Shown one piece after another: positions 12,388 through 26,308 of a DNA stretch of 63,315 nt. The notes under the pieces were generated by a model. That model searched no databases. It saw only the letters and a list, made by a program, of their open reading frames with translations, and had not been told where the DNA came from. A program made the translations under genes and the position numbers. Each line of letters starts with the position of its first letter. The stretch's first letter is position 1. Source of the DNA: Heptranchias perlo (Eukaryota); NCBI RefSeq assembly GCF_035084215.1, contig NC_090359.1:24366001-24429315 (forward strand), written 5' to 3'.

Positions 12388-14478
12388 GCCCCACCCTCGG
12401 TCCCCGTACTCCCCCCACCCTCGGTCCCCGTACACCCCCCACCCTCGGTCCCCGTACTCCCCCCACCCTCGGTCCCCGTACTCCCCCCACCCTCGGTCCC
12501 CGTACTCCCCCCACCCTCGGTCCCCATACACCGCCCCCACCCTCGGTCCCCGTACTCCCCCCACCCTCGGTCCCCGTACTCCCCCCACCCTCGGTCCCCA
12601 TACACCGCCCCCACCCTCGGTCCCCGTACTCCCCCACCCTCGGTCCCCGTACACCCCCCACCCTCGGTCCCCGTACTCCCCCCACCCTCGGTCCCCGTAC
12701 ACCCCCCACCCTCGGTCCCCGTACTCCCCCCACCCTCGGTCCCCGTACTCCCCCCACCCTCGGTCCCCGTACTCCCCCCACCCTCGGTCCCCGTACTCCC
12801 CCCACCCTCGGTCCCCGTACACCCCCCACCCTCGGTCCCCGTACTCCCCCCACCCTCGGTCCCCATACACCGCCCCCACCCTCGGTCCCCGTACTCCCCC
12901 CACCCTCGGTCCCCATACACGGCCCCCACCCTCGGTCCCCGTACACCCCCCCACCGCCAGTCCCACACTCCCCCCACTCTCAGTCCCCACACTCCCCCCA
13001 CTCTCAGTCCCCACACTCCCCCCACCCTCGGTCCCCGTACTCCCCCCACCCTCGGTCCCCATACACCGCCCCCACCCTCGGTCCCCGTACTCCCCCCACC
13101 CTCGGTCCCCGTACACCGCCCCCACCCTCGGTCCCCGTACTCCCCCCACCCTTGGTCCCCGTACACCCCCCCACCGTCAGTCCCACACTCCCCCCACTCT
13201 CAGTCCCCACACTCCCCCCACTCTCAGTCCCCACACTCCCCCCACCCTCAGTCCCCACACTCTCCCCACTCTCAGTCCCCACACTCTCCCCACTCTCAGT
13301 CCCAATACTCCCCCGACTCTCAGTCCCCACATTCCCCCCACTCTCAGTCCCAATACTCCCCCGACTCTCAGTCCCCACATTCCCCCCACTCTCAGTCCCA
13401 ATACTCCCCCTGCCCTCAGTCCCCACACTCTCCCCACTCTCAGTCCCAATACTCCCCCCACTCTCAGTCCCCACATTCCCCCCACTCTCAGTCCCAATAC
13501 TCCCCCCACCCTCAGTCCTCACACTCTCCCCACCCTTAGTCCCAATACTCCCCCCTACCCTCAGTCCCCACACTCCCCCCACTCTCAGTCCCCACATTCC
13601 CCCCACTCTCAGTCCCAATACTCCCCCCTACCCTCAGTCCCAATACTCCCCCCACTCTCAGTCCCAATACTCCCCCTACCCTCAGTCCCAATACTCCCCC
13701 TACCCTCAGTCCCAATACTCCCCCTACCCTCAGTCCCAATACTCCCTCCACCCTCAGTCCTCACACTCTCCCCGTTCTCAGTCCCCACACTCCCCCCACT
13801 CTCAGTCCCCACACTCCCCCCGTTCTCAGTCCCCACACTCCCCCCGTTCTCAGTCCCCACACTCCCCCCGTTCTCAGTCCCCACACTCCCCCCCCGTTCT
13901 CAGTCCCCACACTCCCCCCGTTCTCAGTCCCCACACTCCCCCCCGTTCTCAGTCCCCACACTCCCCCCCCCTTCTCAGTCCCCACACTCCCCACACTCCC
14001 CCCCCTTCTCAGTCCCCACACTCCCCCCCCTTCTCAGTCCCCACACTCCCCCCGTTCTCAGTCCCCACACTCCCCCCGTTCTCAGTCCCCACACTCCCCC
14101 CGTTCTCAGTCCCCACACTCCCCCCGTTCTCAGTCCCCACACTCCCCCCGTTCTCAGTCCCCACACTCCCCCCGTTCTCAGTCCCCACACTCCCCCCGTT
14201 CTCAGTCCCCACACTCCCCCCACTCTCAGTCCCCACATTCCCCCCACTCTCAGTCCCAATACTCCCTCCACCCTCAGTCCTCACACTCTCCCCACCCTCA
14301 GTCCCAATACTCCCCCCTACCCTCAGTCCCCACACTCCCCCCACTCTCAGTCCCAATACTCCCCCCTACCCTCAGTCCCAATACTCCCCCCTACCCTCAG
14401 TCCCCACACTCCCCCCACCCTCAGTCCCCACACTCCCCCCACCCTCAGTCCCAATACTCCCCCCACTCTCAGTCCCCT
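12388..14478. repeat. ~24-bp minisatellite with graded variants
   Basis: CCCCCACCCTCGGTCCCCGTACT grades into CCCCCACTCTCAGTCCCCACACT. Confidence 0.95.
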
Positions 14479-15727
14479 GGGCACAGTTAACAGTGTAATT
14501 ACCAATAGAATACGTCAGCGAGCCCCACCTTGGGCTTTACTGGCAGTCTGGGTTGTTTGCAGACCTGTGTTTCTCTTAGCAGCGGGTTCTGCTCTACACA
14601 AGTGGCTAAAAATCGAAGTGTTTCTTATACTGAATGAGGCGGTAATGGAACCCCCTGCTGCTCGGATTTACTTGTCTGGAAGGTGTGATGGACATTTCAC
14701 ATCGCACAAGTGTTGCAACATTTCACACCGCATAAGTCGAGCATGGCCGAGCCCTGACTGGAAATTTCGGTCTGATAATATCTGCGGTGCAAAGTGTCAC
14801 AGAGCTCCATCTAGATCTGCCTGAGCAGTTCGCTTTTGGTGGAGGATGCAGGACGTCTGGCTGCTTTACATAGAACGCATGGTTCGGAAACAGAATGGCC
14901 GGTTTCTGTGCTGTAAATTCTACCTGATTCGATGCGAGGTTTCCTGCTGGTTCCCATCTCCTTGCTGAGTTGCCGAATCTTCCCCCTCATTACCTCCAAA
15001 AGCCTTCTGGCACTTGCAAATGTACAATGGCTGGCTGGGTGAAGTTGGGGGGGAAGCAGGCTTGGCGGCGGGGGAGGCGGGGTGGGTGGTGAGGACTCTT
15101 TTTTTTAATCTTGTCTCGCTCACTTTGACATTGGCCAGCGTTCCTCGGAACATTCCTCCCTCCCTCCCAGTCGCCCCTGAGCTCCGACTCTCACCGCGCT
15201 CCGCCCCCACCCCCGATTTACTCCACCTCCCTGCTTCCTCGCTGCGTTGAAATCCAGAGCAATCTATGCTGACGCTCCCAGTGCCGGTACTGAGGGAGTG
15301 CTGCACTGTTGGAGGTGCCGTCTTTGGGATGAGACGTTAATCCGAGGCCATGTTTGCCCTCTCGGGTGGATGTAAAAGATCCCAAGGCCACTATTTCGAA
15401 GAAGAGCAGGGGGAGTTCTCCCCGGTGTCCTGGCCAATGTTTATCCCTCAACCAACATGACGAAATCTGGTCATTATCTCATTGCTGTTTGTGGTATCTT
15501 GCTTTGCACAAATTGGCCCCCACATTTTCCTACATCACACAACAGTGACTACACTTCAAAAAAAGTAGTTTATTGGCTGAGGTTGTGAATATAATGAAAA
15601 AAGTTTGTTCTTTCTTTCTTTCTAAAGGACATTCGCCTGAGACCCTGCATCATCCAGCTTGCTTACCTCTTCTCCTGGCTCGTGCTAGGTAAGAACTGGC
15701 CACTGTCTGAGGCTGAAGCAGACTGCA

Positions 15728-16405
15728 ACCTCGGCATCCTATTGGACCCTGAGCTGAGCTTTTGACCCCCATGTCCTCTCCGTCACCTCCGTGGTATCGC
15801 CCGTCTCCAACCCTGCCTCAGCCCATCTGCCACTGAAACCCTCACCAATGGCTTTTGTCACTTTCAGACTCGACTACTCCAATGCTCTCCTGGCTGATCT
15901 CCCGTCTTCCACCCTCCATCAAATTCAGCTCAGCTAAAATTCCGCTGCCTGTATCCTAACTCGCACCAAGTCCCGTTCACCCATCACCCACTGTGCTCGC
16001 TGACCCACATTGGCTTCCAGACCGGCAATGACTCGAATTTAAAATTCTCATCCTCGTGTTCAAATCCCTCCATGGCCTCGCCCCCTCCCTATCTCTGTAA
16101 CCTCCTCCAGCCCCTACAACCCTCCGAGATCTCTGCTCTCCTCCAATTCTCACCTCTTGCGCATCCCCGATTTCCATCGCTCCACCATTGGCGGCCGTGC
16201 CTTCAGCTGCCTAGGGCCCTAAGCTCTGGAATTCCCTCCCTAAACCTCTCTGCCTCTCTCTCCTCCTTTAAGACGCTCCTTAAAACCTACGTCTGTGACT
16301 CCTGTCCTAATATCTCTTTACGCGTCTCGGTGTCAAATTTTTGTCTGATTGTGCTCCTTTGAACCGCCTTGGGGACGCTTTACTACGTTAAAGGTGCTAA
16401 ATAAA
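15728..16405 (+). mobile_element. L2-like LINE 3' fragment
   Basis: RLDYSNALLA-type and RAFS...WNSLP-type motifs. Confidence 0.75.
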
Positions 16406-16407
16406 AC

Positions 16408-17365
16408 ATACGAACGTAAGAAATAGGAGCAGGAGTAGGCCACACAGCCCCTCGAGCCTGCTCCACCATTCAATAAGATCATGGCTGATCTTCGACCTCA
16501 ACTCCACTTTCCCGCCCAATCCCCATATCCGTTATTCCCCTAGAGTCCAAAAATCTATCGATCTCAGCCTTGAATATACTCAACGACTCAGCATCCACAG
16601 CCCTCTGGGGTAGAGAATTCCAAAGATTCACAACCCTCTGAGTGAAGAAATTCCTCCTCATCTCAGTCCTAAATGGCCGACCCCTTATCCTGAGACCATG
16701 ACCTCTAGTTCTAGACTCTCCAGCCAGGGGAAACAACCTCTCAGCATCTACCCTGTCAAGCCCCCTCAGCATCTTATATGTTTCAATGAGATATTGGAAC
16801 CTCTCATTCTTCTAAACTCCAGAGAGAAGAGGCCCATTCTACTCAATCTCTCCTCATAGGACAACCCTCTCATCCCAGGAATCAATCTAGTGAACCTTCA
16901 TTGCACCGCCTCTAAGGCAAGTATATCCTTCCTTAGATAAGGAGACCAAAACTGTACGCTGTACTCCAGGTGTGGTCTCAACAAAGCCCTGTACAATTGC
17001 AGCAAGACTTCCTTACTCTTGTACTCCAACCCCCCTGCAATAAAGGCCAACATGCCATTTGCGTTCCTAATTGCTTGCTGTACCTGCATGCCAACTTTCT
17101 GTGTTCCTTGTACAAGGACACTCAAATCTCTCTGAACACCAACATTTAATAGTTTCTCACCATTTAAAATATATTCTGTTTTTCTATTCTTCCTACCAAA
17201 GTGAATAACCTCACATTTCCCCTCATTATACACCATCTGCCACCTTCTTGCCCACTCACTTAACCTGTCGATATCCCTTTGCAGACTCTTTGTGTCCTCC
17301 TCACTGCTTACTTTCCCACCTAGCTTTGTATCGTCAGCAAACTCGGATACATTACACTCAGTGCC
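16408..17365 (-). mobile_element. CR1 LINE fragment
   Basis: FADDTKLGG...RPHLEYSVQFWSP in ORF 16898-17428. Confidence 0.92.
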
Positions 17366-17757
17366 GTATAAATGCAAGTTTTTGTTGTTTGAACCATTTG
17401 GCCCCTGGTACCTCACCTCAGTGACCACTCCTCATCTGCGAACCCAGGCGGAGTGCGTCAGGCAATTCTACTGTCAAGCACGGTCCTGCGCTCGTGACTT
17501 CTGCCCGTTCCTTCGAATTGCTGCCGTCACCGGCAAAGCTTTGACCATGTTTGTTCTGATATCCTGTCACACGGCCCACAAACCGCAGGGCAGGCCTGCT
17601 TCAAAGAACCACAAACATCCTGTGAGGCAACACACGACGAAAAACATTCAGGTCTGTTAAACGGACTCGTCGCCCAGAGGGAGAAGGGGCACTGAGGTCA
17701 AACTACACAGCGATAGAAGGTAAAGAGAAACACCCATCCCTCTCCAGGCCAGGAGAA

Positions 17758-17824
17758 ATGAACCAAAAAGTCCTCCTGTGGTCTTTCATCGTCCTGTCCG
17801 TCTGCTTTGGCCTTGATCCTCAAG
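17758..17824 (+). CDS. Gene B exon 1: signal peptide
   Basis: MNQKVLLWSFIVLSVCFGLDPQ G|gtaggg, phase 1. Confidence 0.85.
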
Positions 17825-17919
17825 GTAGGGGATATAATCTGAATCTATCGACGATAAGGCTACTGTTCTTGCCTCCTCACCATTAATGGTTTCATCTAAT
17901 CCCGATCTGTTATCTTGAG

Positions 17920-18905
17920 ATGAGGGGAGATTTAATAGAGGTGTTCAAAATCATAAAGGGTTCAGATAGAGTGAATAAGGAGAAACTGTTTCCAGTGGCA
18001 GAAGGGTCGGTAACCAGAGGATGCAGATTGAAGTTAATTGGCAAAAGAATCGGAGGCGACATGAGGAAAAAGTGTTTTTCACGCAGCGAGTTGTTATGAT
18101 CTGGAATGTGCTGCCTGAAAAGGCGGTGGAAGCAGATTCAATAGTTATATAAGGTATTGGTGAGACCGCACCTGGAATACTGCATACAGTTTTGGTGTCC
18201 ATACTTAAGAAAAGACATACTTGCTCTCGAGGCAGTACAAAGAAGGTTCACTCGGTTAATCCCGGGGATGAGGGGGCGGACATATGAGGAGAGGTTGAGT
18301 AGATTGGGACTCTACTCATTGGAGTTCAGAAGAATGAGAGGCGATCTTATTGAAACATATAAGATTGTGAAGGGGCTTGATCGGGTGGATGCGGTGAGGA
18401 TGTTCCCAAGGATGGGTGAAACTAGAATGAGGGGGCATAATCTTAGAATAAGGGGCTGCTCTTTCAAAACTGAGATGAGGAGAAACTTCTTCACTCAGAG
18501 GGTAGTAGGTCTGTGGAATTTGCTGCCCCAGGAAGCTGTGGAAGCTACATCATTAAATAAATTTAGAACAGAAATAGACAGTTTCCTAGAAGTAAAGGGA
18601 ATTAGGGGTTACGGGGAGCGGGCAGGAAATTGGACATGAATTTAGATTTGAGGTTAGGATCAGATCAGCCATGATCTTATTGAATGGTGGAGCAGGCTCG
18701 AGGGGCCGATTGGCCTACTCCTGCTCCTATTTCTTATGTTCTTATGTTCTTAACTTTCAAAAGGGAATTGGATAAATATTTGAAGGGGAAAAATTTGCAG
18801 GGCTTTGGGGGAAAGAGCAGGGGGGAGTGGGACTAATTGGACAGCTCTTTCAAAGAGCCGGCACGGGCATGATGGGCCGAATGGCCTCCTTCTGTGCTGT
18901 AAGAT
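17920..18905 (+). mobile_element. Nested CR1 fragments (young copy ~18148-18750 inside an older copy)
   Basis: Outer element breaks at TTCAATAG and resumes at TAACTTTCAAAAGGG. Confidence 0.85.
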
Positions 18906-20385
18906 TCTATTCTGTGTAAGATTTGCAGGTTTTTTTTTAATCCGGCCGTTAGAATTGCTACAGTTCATCAGGGGCAGGATGGTTGTAACAGGGACACAGC
19001 ACAGTGCAATAAAAACACAGGCCCCCCTTTGAAGGCTGCTTCAACTGTTTTGTTAAACTAGGCGGCTGTCAGGGTGGGTTTTGAGTCAAAAGTTGCAGCA
19101 AAGGCAAGAAGTTGGCGTTTGGAATTTGCTCTTTGGAATGATCAGGCATCGTGGAGTTGGGAAAAAAGAAATCTTATTTTTAAATTGCTGTTTTCCAAAG
19201 GTAAACACGAGAGGGAGAAAAGGTAATTCGGCCCATCGGTTCCCCACCCACCCACCCACCCACCCAACCCAGTGCCCCGGGGACCGACATTGACCCTAAC
19301 CGCCTGTCCGCCCACCCGGGGGGGAGAACCGAGTCGATGGGCGGTTAAAATCGATCGGGTGCCTAACCCGCCCAGATCCCGCCATCTTCAATTTTAACCT
19401 GCTCTGCGCCGCTGAGTTACACTGTACGGTTTAGAACTGAACTTGCAGCAAGAGCTGCTTTGCATGGAGGCGAACACCAGATATGTGCGGGTAGATTTTC
19501 TAGTTGGCGTCTGGCCTTACGGACTGGCTGCCCGTTGAATACACTGCGTGGTTTTCATTTAGGAATATAGGGACAGGAGGAGACCATTCAGCCCCTCGGG
19601 CCTGCTCCGCCGTTCAATTAAACTGTGGCTCATCTGTACCTCAACCCCATTTACCTGCCTTGGTTCCATCTCCCTTGATCCCCTTACCTGGCAAAAATCT
19701 ATCCATCTCAGTCTTGAAAGTTTCAATAGACCCCCCCCCCCACAGCATCCACGGCCTTTTGGGAGGGGAGAGTTCCAGATTTCTACGACCCTTTGCGTGA
19801 GAATGTTTTCCTGATTTCCCTCCTGAATGGCCTGGCGTTAATTTTAAGATTATGTCGCCCTTGTTCTTGATTTCCCCCGCCAGAGGAAAGAGTTTCTCCG
19901 TATTTACCCTATCGAGTCCTTTTAAGATTTGAAACACCTCGATCAGATCACCCCTCGACCTCCTGTCCTGGGGGGGGGGTCGCAAGCTAAGTCGATGCGA
20001 CCTGACTTCAGAGTTTGACACCCGGTATCATTCTGGTGAATCCGCGCTGCACCCCCTCCAAGATCCTTCCTGAGGCGCGGCGCCCAGAACTGAAGGCAGT
20101 CGCTCCAGATGGGGTCTAACCAAGGCTCTGTACAACTGAAGCATCACCTCTCACGCATTTGCAGTCCAGTCACTTTGAACGGTTTCTACAGCTAACCTCC
20201 AATCCACAACTCAAGTTTTATCCCTGGATGCCAAGTTGAAAATCTACCCCATGGCCTCAGCAAGTGAGGCCTCCCTCCCCCCGCACCACGAGATGGGAGG
20301 CGGGCAATGATCCTACCGTGTAGTAAGACTGGCCAATTATTTAGGAGTTACTCCAAAAAAAAAACCTTTTATTTCGCTCTTTCAG

Positions 20386-20745
20386 CTGCACAGGCAGGAA
20401 TGCTGGTCTCACAATCGCCCTCTACTCTCTCCGTCAAGCCAGGGGCAGACGTGCTTGTAAATTGCAGCTTTAAACTCCGAGTGGCAGAAGCATTCATCGA
20501 CTGGAAACAGGGAAATGTCACACTCGTCACCTGTAAGATCAGGCAAGCGAAAGATTGTTGCACGGTTCCTGAAGACCCGAGATTTAATGTCAGCGTTGAT
20601 TGGAAAACCCAAATCTCCACTTTACAGATCAGGAACGTTGAGCTGAAGGACGACAAGGTTTATTATTGTCACTTGCAGAGAGAAAAACCACTTCCAATCA
20701 AACAGGGACAGGGTGATGGGACAAACCTTACCATCGATGCACAAG
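20386..20745 (+). CDS. Gene B exon 2: germline-joined VJ Ig domain, CD28/CTLA-4/NKp30-like
   Basis: ctctttcag|CT...CAA G|gtaata, phase 1/1. VSQSP, VNCSF, IDWKQ, STLQIRNV, DDKVYYC, KPLP, GQGDGTNLTI. Confidence 0.93.
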
Positions 20746-21924
20746 GTAATACTGCTTCTCGGTGATTTTATAAACAAACAAGAGTAAAGAACTTGCATTT
20801 ATATAGCACATTACATGACCTCAGGATGTCCCAAAACGCTTTACAGCCAATTAAGTACTTTTGAAGTGCAGTCACTGTTGTAATGTAGGAAACGTGGCTG
20901 CCAATTTGCGCACAGCAAGATCCCACAAACAGCAATGAGATAATGACCAGATAATCTGTTTTACTGATGCTGGTTAAGGGATAAACAGGACACCGGGGGA
21001 GAACTCCCCCCGCTCTTCTTCGAAATAGTGGCCATGGGATCTTTTACGTCCACCTGAGAGGGGCAGACGGGGCCTCGGTTTAACGTCTCCTCTGAAAGAC
21101 GGCACCTCCGACAGTGCGGCACTCCCTCAGTACCGGCACTGGGGAGCGTCAGCCTGGATTTTGTGCTCAAGTCTCTGGATTGGGACTTGAACCCACGACC
21201 TTCTGACTCGGAGGGGAGAGTGCGACCCACTGAGCCTCGGCTGACACCTGAGGGGCCTGGGGGCTGGGGTTGGCTAAGTCAGCATTCGATCAGACGGGGT
21301 GGGGGGGAGCTCAGGGGAGTAGGACAGACCAGGGGAGTAGGGCGCACAGCGGCTGCAGTGTGTACCATCCACAGGATGCACTGCAGCTACTCGCCAAGGC
21401 TTCTTCGACAGCACCTCCCAAACCCGCGACCTCTACCACCTAGAAGGTCAAGGGCAGCAGGAACATGGGAACAACACCACCTGCACGTTCCCCTCCAAGT
21501 CACACACCATCCCGAATTGGAAATATATCGGCCGTTCCTTCATTGTCGCTGGGTCAAAATCCTGGAACTCCCTTCCTAACAGCACTGTGGGAGAACCTTC
21601 ACCACACGGACTGCAGCGGTTCAAGGCGGCGGCTCACCACCACCTTCTCAAGGGGCAATTAGAGATGGGCAATAAATGCCGGCCTCGCCAGCGACGCCCA
21701 CATCCCATGAACGAATAAAAAAAAAACAGAAAGTGTGATAGGTTTTTCTCCCCCAACAGTCTGTCCAGATGGAAAGTTCCAGTAGGATTATTAGCCAATC
21801 CAGGACTGAATGTAAAATCGGTCCAAGCAGCCCTGACTTTGGACGAACTGTCGGGAGTGTGATGAGGGACATCTCTCGGTGAAGTGAACCTGCATTTAAT
21901 GTGAAGGTTCGAACTCTTTTTCAG

Positions 21925-22044
21925 ATGAAAGATCACCTGATCTTTATAAGGCTCCGTATTGGACACTGACAGGTCTGCTGGTCGCTGGGATGCCCCTGTG
22001 CGTGTTGTGTATAAGGTGTCTCCTGCTTAAAGGCAACAGACCGG
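21925..22044 (+). CDS. Gene B exon 3: connecting peptide and transmembrane segment
   Basis: ctctttttcag|AT...CCG G|gtaagt gives DERSPDLYKAPYWTLTGLLVAGMPLCVLCIRCLLLKGNRP. Confidence 0.85.
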
Positions 22045-23173
22045 GTAAGTATAGCCTGCCAGTAAATGGTTATTTAAATGTCACAGAACTTACAGACACG
22101 GAGGCGAATGTTAATGCCCGGGGTCCAGTCCTGGGAGCTGCTGAGGAGGTTTATTTCAGTTTGGCTGTAGAAAGACAAATGTTGGCCAGGACACTGGGAG
22201 AACTCCCCTAATCCTCTTCAAATAGTGCTGTGGGATCCCTTCTATCCGTCTGACAGCCATTCACACTCACTGCCCTAGGCTCAGACAATGAGTGACCACT
22301 TACGTGAGGCGCTAGAGGGTCACCCATGGAGTTGGTCCCCCAACAGCAGACAGTGGTGCAGGTTGAGAGACAGATGTTCACCAGGACAAACTCCCCCGCT
22401 CTGCTTCGAAATAGTGCCGCGGAATCTTTAACGGGGCCCCGGTTTAACATCTCATACCGAAAGACGGCATCTCCGACAATGCGGTACCGGCACTGGGAGT
22501 GTCAGCCTCGATTATGGGCTCGAGTCTCGGGAGCGGGGCTCGAAGCAATGACCTTCTGACCCGGGGGGGGGGGGGGGGCAAGAGCAGTACCCACTGAGTC
22601 ACAGCTGACATTCTGTCGGGCTCCCTCCAGTTCCCGACTTCAGGTTGGAGTGATTGTCACTAATTTTGCTGTCAGAACCAAGGCGCACCGTTTGTGCCTC
22701 AGCAATCCTACAGTCCAGATCTCTGCTCCACCAGGCATCAGCCTTACCTTTCTCATTCCTTCTGTCTGTTGCATTGATCCTCCGATGGTCCCTCTCTGAA
22801 CTTCCCACTCTTGTTCCTCCCGAGCTCCAGATATCACACCAATCATTGTCCACGCTCTCCGTGCTGTTTGCGTCCTCGCCGTGTTGAAACAAAGACCCAC
22901 TGCACAGCCTCCATCTCCAACTCATTCTATGCCTTCCTCCTACAACCTTACGGGGCCTCCTTAAGCCCTAAGCTCATTGTTGCCGAGCTATTGCGTTCTG
23001 ATTTACCTCCTCCTCCTCTTTTCAGCCCTACGCTCAGTTAGGGAGATTTGAGAGCAGTGCAAGCTGTATGGATTATGTTTTAAGGGGTTGATATGAAGGA
23101 CCCACTGGCCTTTTCTCCTCCCCCTACCCCCTCCGTTCATTCTTATCTACTGATATTTGTGCGATTCTTGCAG

Positions 23174-23241
23174 GAGCGAGATCAGGATCACAGGAAGGTG
23201 GAGAAGGAGATGACGACTGTACCCGACCAAAGGAGAATAAG
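23174..23241 (+). CDS. Gene B exon 4: cytoplasmic (GC donor)
   Basis: ttcttgcag|GA...AAG|gcaagt gives GARSGSQEGGEGDDDCTRPKENK, phase 1 to 0. Confidence 0.65.
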
Positions 23242-23619
23242 GCAAGTTTGTCCTGCAATTTACAGAGGGCAGTTTCGGTACAAATAAGGGGCTTTTTGCC
23301 ACAAGAAACCTGTCCATTTTTGATGGACCTCACCCCCCGCCCTCTCACCGCACTCTCCAGACCAATTTTAACCATTTGCCTCAGTGCCCATCCCTGATCA
23401 TTTATTTCATGCGGTACATTTGCTGAAACCCTTGGCAACCAGTTAATTTGTTTGTGACCCTTGTACCATTAACATTGTTGTTTGGGATAACTCCAGATGG
23501 TTTTTCTTTCTCCAGGGCCCCATTTACAGGGGTGGGGGGTGGGGGGGCAGTAGGGAGGTGGGGGGAGGTTGGAGGGCGAGAGATTCTGTTGAATCACCAT
23601 TTTCTACCATTAGATATTC

Positions 23620-24550
23620 AAAGAACGATAGAGGCAGAGGGAGAGACACAGAGAGACAGAGAAATAGAAAGATATAGAGCNNNNNNNNNNNNNNNNNNNN
23701 NNNNNNNNNNNNNNNNNNNNNNNNNNNNNNNNNNNNNNNNNNNNNNNNNNNNNNNNNNNNNNNNNNNNNNNNNNNNNNNNNNNNNNNNNNNNNNNNNNNN
23801 NNNNNNNNNNNNNNNNNNNNNNNNNNNNNNNNNNNNNNNNNNNNNNNNNNNNNNNNNNNNNNNACAGAGATAGAGAGATGGATAGATATATAGAGAGATA
23901 GACAGATAGAGAGATAGATGGGGAGATAGATAGATAGGGAGATAGATAGATAGGGAGATAGAGAACTAGATNNNNNNNNNNNNNNNNNNNNNNNNNNNNN
24001 NNNNNNNNNNNNNNNNNNNNNNNNNNNNNNNNNNNNNNNNNNNNNNNNNNNNNNNNNNNNNNNNNNNNNNNNNNNNNNNNNNNNNNNNNNNNNNNNNNNN
24101 NNNNNNNNNNNNNNNNNNNNNNNNNNNNNNNNNNNNNNNNNNNNNNNNNNNNNNNNNNNNNNNNNNNNNNNNNNNNNNNNNNNNNNNNNNNNNNNNNNNN
24201 NNNNNNNNNNNNNNNNNNNNNNNGTGAAGCTCCCTCTACACTGCTCCATTAAACACTCCCAGGGCAGGTACAGCACGGGTTTGACACAGAGTAAAGCTCC
24301 CTCTACACTGTCCCATCAAACACTCCCAGGGCAGGTACAGACAGACAGAGGGTGATAGACAGGCAGAGGAAGATAACGTCAGAGAGAGAGTTAGAGGGAC
24401 AGAGAGAAATAAACAAAGAGAGAGACTGAGAGAGAGACTGAGGGAGAGACTGAGGGAGAGAGAGCAGGACAGAGAGAGAGAGCGACTGAGAGAGATAGAG
24501 ATAGACAGAGGGGCAGAGAGAAATAGAGATAGACAGAAAGAGATAGAGAC
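23620..24550. repeat. GA/GATA microsatellite tract with N gaps
   Basis: Direct inspection. Confidence 0.9.
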
Positions 24551-24684
24551 CGAGTCAGACTCTAACAGCTATGGGGTAAATGTCCCATTAGTGTATCATA
24601 TCAGACAAGGAGTTTGTGTGATAGTTAACACGTTGGGTGCTCTCCCTACTGCTCACCAGTACTGACTTGGAACAGTCAGGATGA

Positions 24685-26199
24685 ATCATAGAAAGGTTAC
24701 AGCACGGAAGGAGGCCATTCGGCCCATCGAGTCCATGCCGGCTCTATGAATGAGCAATCCAGCTAGTCCCACTCCCCCGCCCCATCCCCGTAGCCCTGCA
24801 AATTTTTTCCTTTCAAGTACTTATCCAGTTCCCTTTCGAAGGCCATGATTGAATCTGCCTCCACCACCCCCTCGGGCAGTGCATTCCAGATCCTAACCAC
24901 TCGCTGTGTAAAAAAGTTTTTCCTCATGTCACCTTTGATTCTTTTACCAATTACCTTAAATCTATGCCCTCTGGTTCTTGACCTTCCACCAATGGGAACA
25001 GTTTCTCTCTATCTACTCTGTCTAGACCCTTCATGATTCTGAACACCTCAATCAAATCTCCTCTCTGTTCCAAGGAGAACAACCCCAGCTTCTCCAGTCT
25101 ATCCACGTAACTAAAGTCCCTCATCCCTGGAATCATTCTAGTAAATCTCTTCTGCACCCTCCCGAAGGCCTTCACATCTTTCCTGAAGTGCGGTGCCCAG
25201 AACTGGACACAATACTCCAGTTGTGGTCGAACCAGTGTTTTATAAAGGTTCATCATGACTTCCTTGCTTTTGTACTCTATGCCTCTATTTATAAAGCCCA
25301 GGATCCCGTAAGCTTTTTTAACCGCTTTCTCAACCTGCCCTGTCACCTTCAACGATTTGTGCACATATACCCCCAGATCTCTCTGTTCCTGTACCTCTTT
25401 TAGAATTGTGCCCTCGAGTTTATATTGCCTCTCCTCATTTTTTCTACCGAAATGCATCACCTCGCATTTGTCTGCGTTAAACTTCATCTGCCACATGTTC
25501 GCCCATGCCACCAGTGTGTCTATATCCTCTTGAAGTCTATCACTATCCTCCTCACTGTTCAAAACTTGGAAGAGTAGTGTGTCATCTGCAAATTTTGAAA
25601 TTGTGCCCTGTACACCCAAGTCCAGGTCATTAATATATATCAAGAAAAGCAGTGGTCTCAGCACTGACCCCTGGGGAACACCACTGTACACCTCCCTCCA
25701 GTCCGAAAAACAACTGTTCACCACAACTCTCTGTTGCTTAACCAATTCTGTGTCCATGTTGCTGCTGCCCCTTTTATTCCATGGGCCACAATCTTAATAG
25801 CAAGTCTACCATGTGGCACTTTATCTTTTTGAAAATCTACATATACCACATCAACTACATTGCCCTCATCTACCCTCTTTGTTACCTCATCAAAAAACTC
25901 TATCAAGTTGGTTAAACATGATTTGCCTTTAACAAATCCGTGCTGGCTTTCCCTAATCAATCCACACTTATCCAAGTGACTGTTAATTTTGTCCTGGATT
26001 ATTGTTTCCAAAAGTTTCCCCACCACTGAAGTTAAACTGACTGGCCTATAGTTGCTGGGTTTATCCTTACACCCTTTTTTAAACAAGGGTGTAACATTTT
26101 CAATTGTCCAGTGTCTGGCACCACCCCCGTACCGAAGGATGTTTGGAAGATTGTGGCCAGTACCTCCGCAATTTTCACCCTTACTTCCCTCAGCATCTG
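24685..26199 (-). mobile_element. CR1 LINE ORF2 fragment (RT), disrupted
   Basis: NYRPVSLTS, QHGFVKGKSCLTNL, GVPQGSVL, FADD motifs spread across frameshifts. Confidence 0.93.
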
Positions 26200-26308
26200 C
26201 GTGGCCCAGGGCCACGCCTGGTGGGGCAATCTCCCGCTGCGCCATTGGCGTAGACAACTTATAAACGGGGGCTTGATAAACCATTTAACGTCTCTGTGAT
26301 CTGCCCAG

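Noticed and set aside
10393-14824. Long ORFs of 330-812 aa
   Set aside because: They are translations of stop-free minisatellites and are open on both strands.
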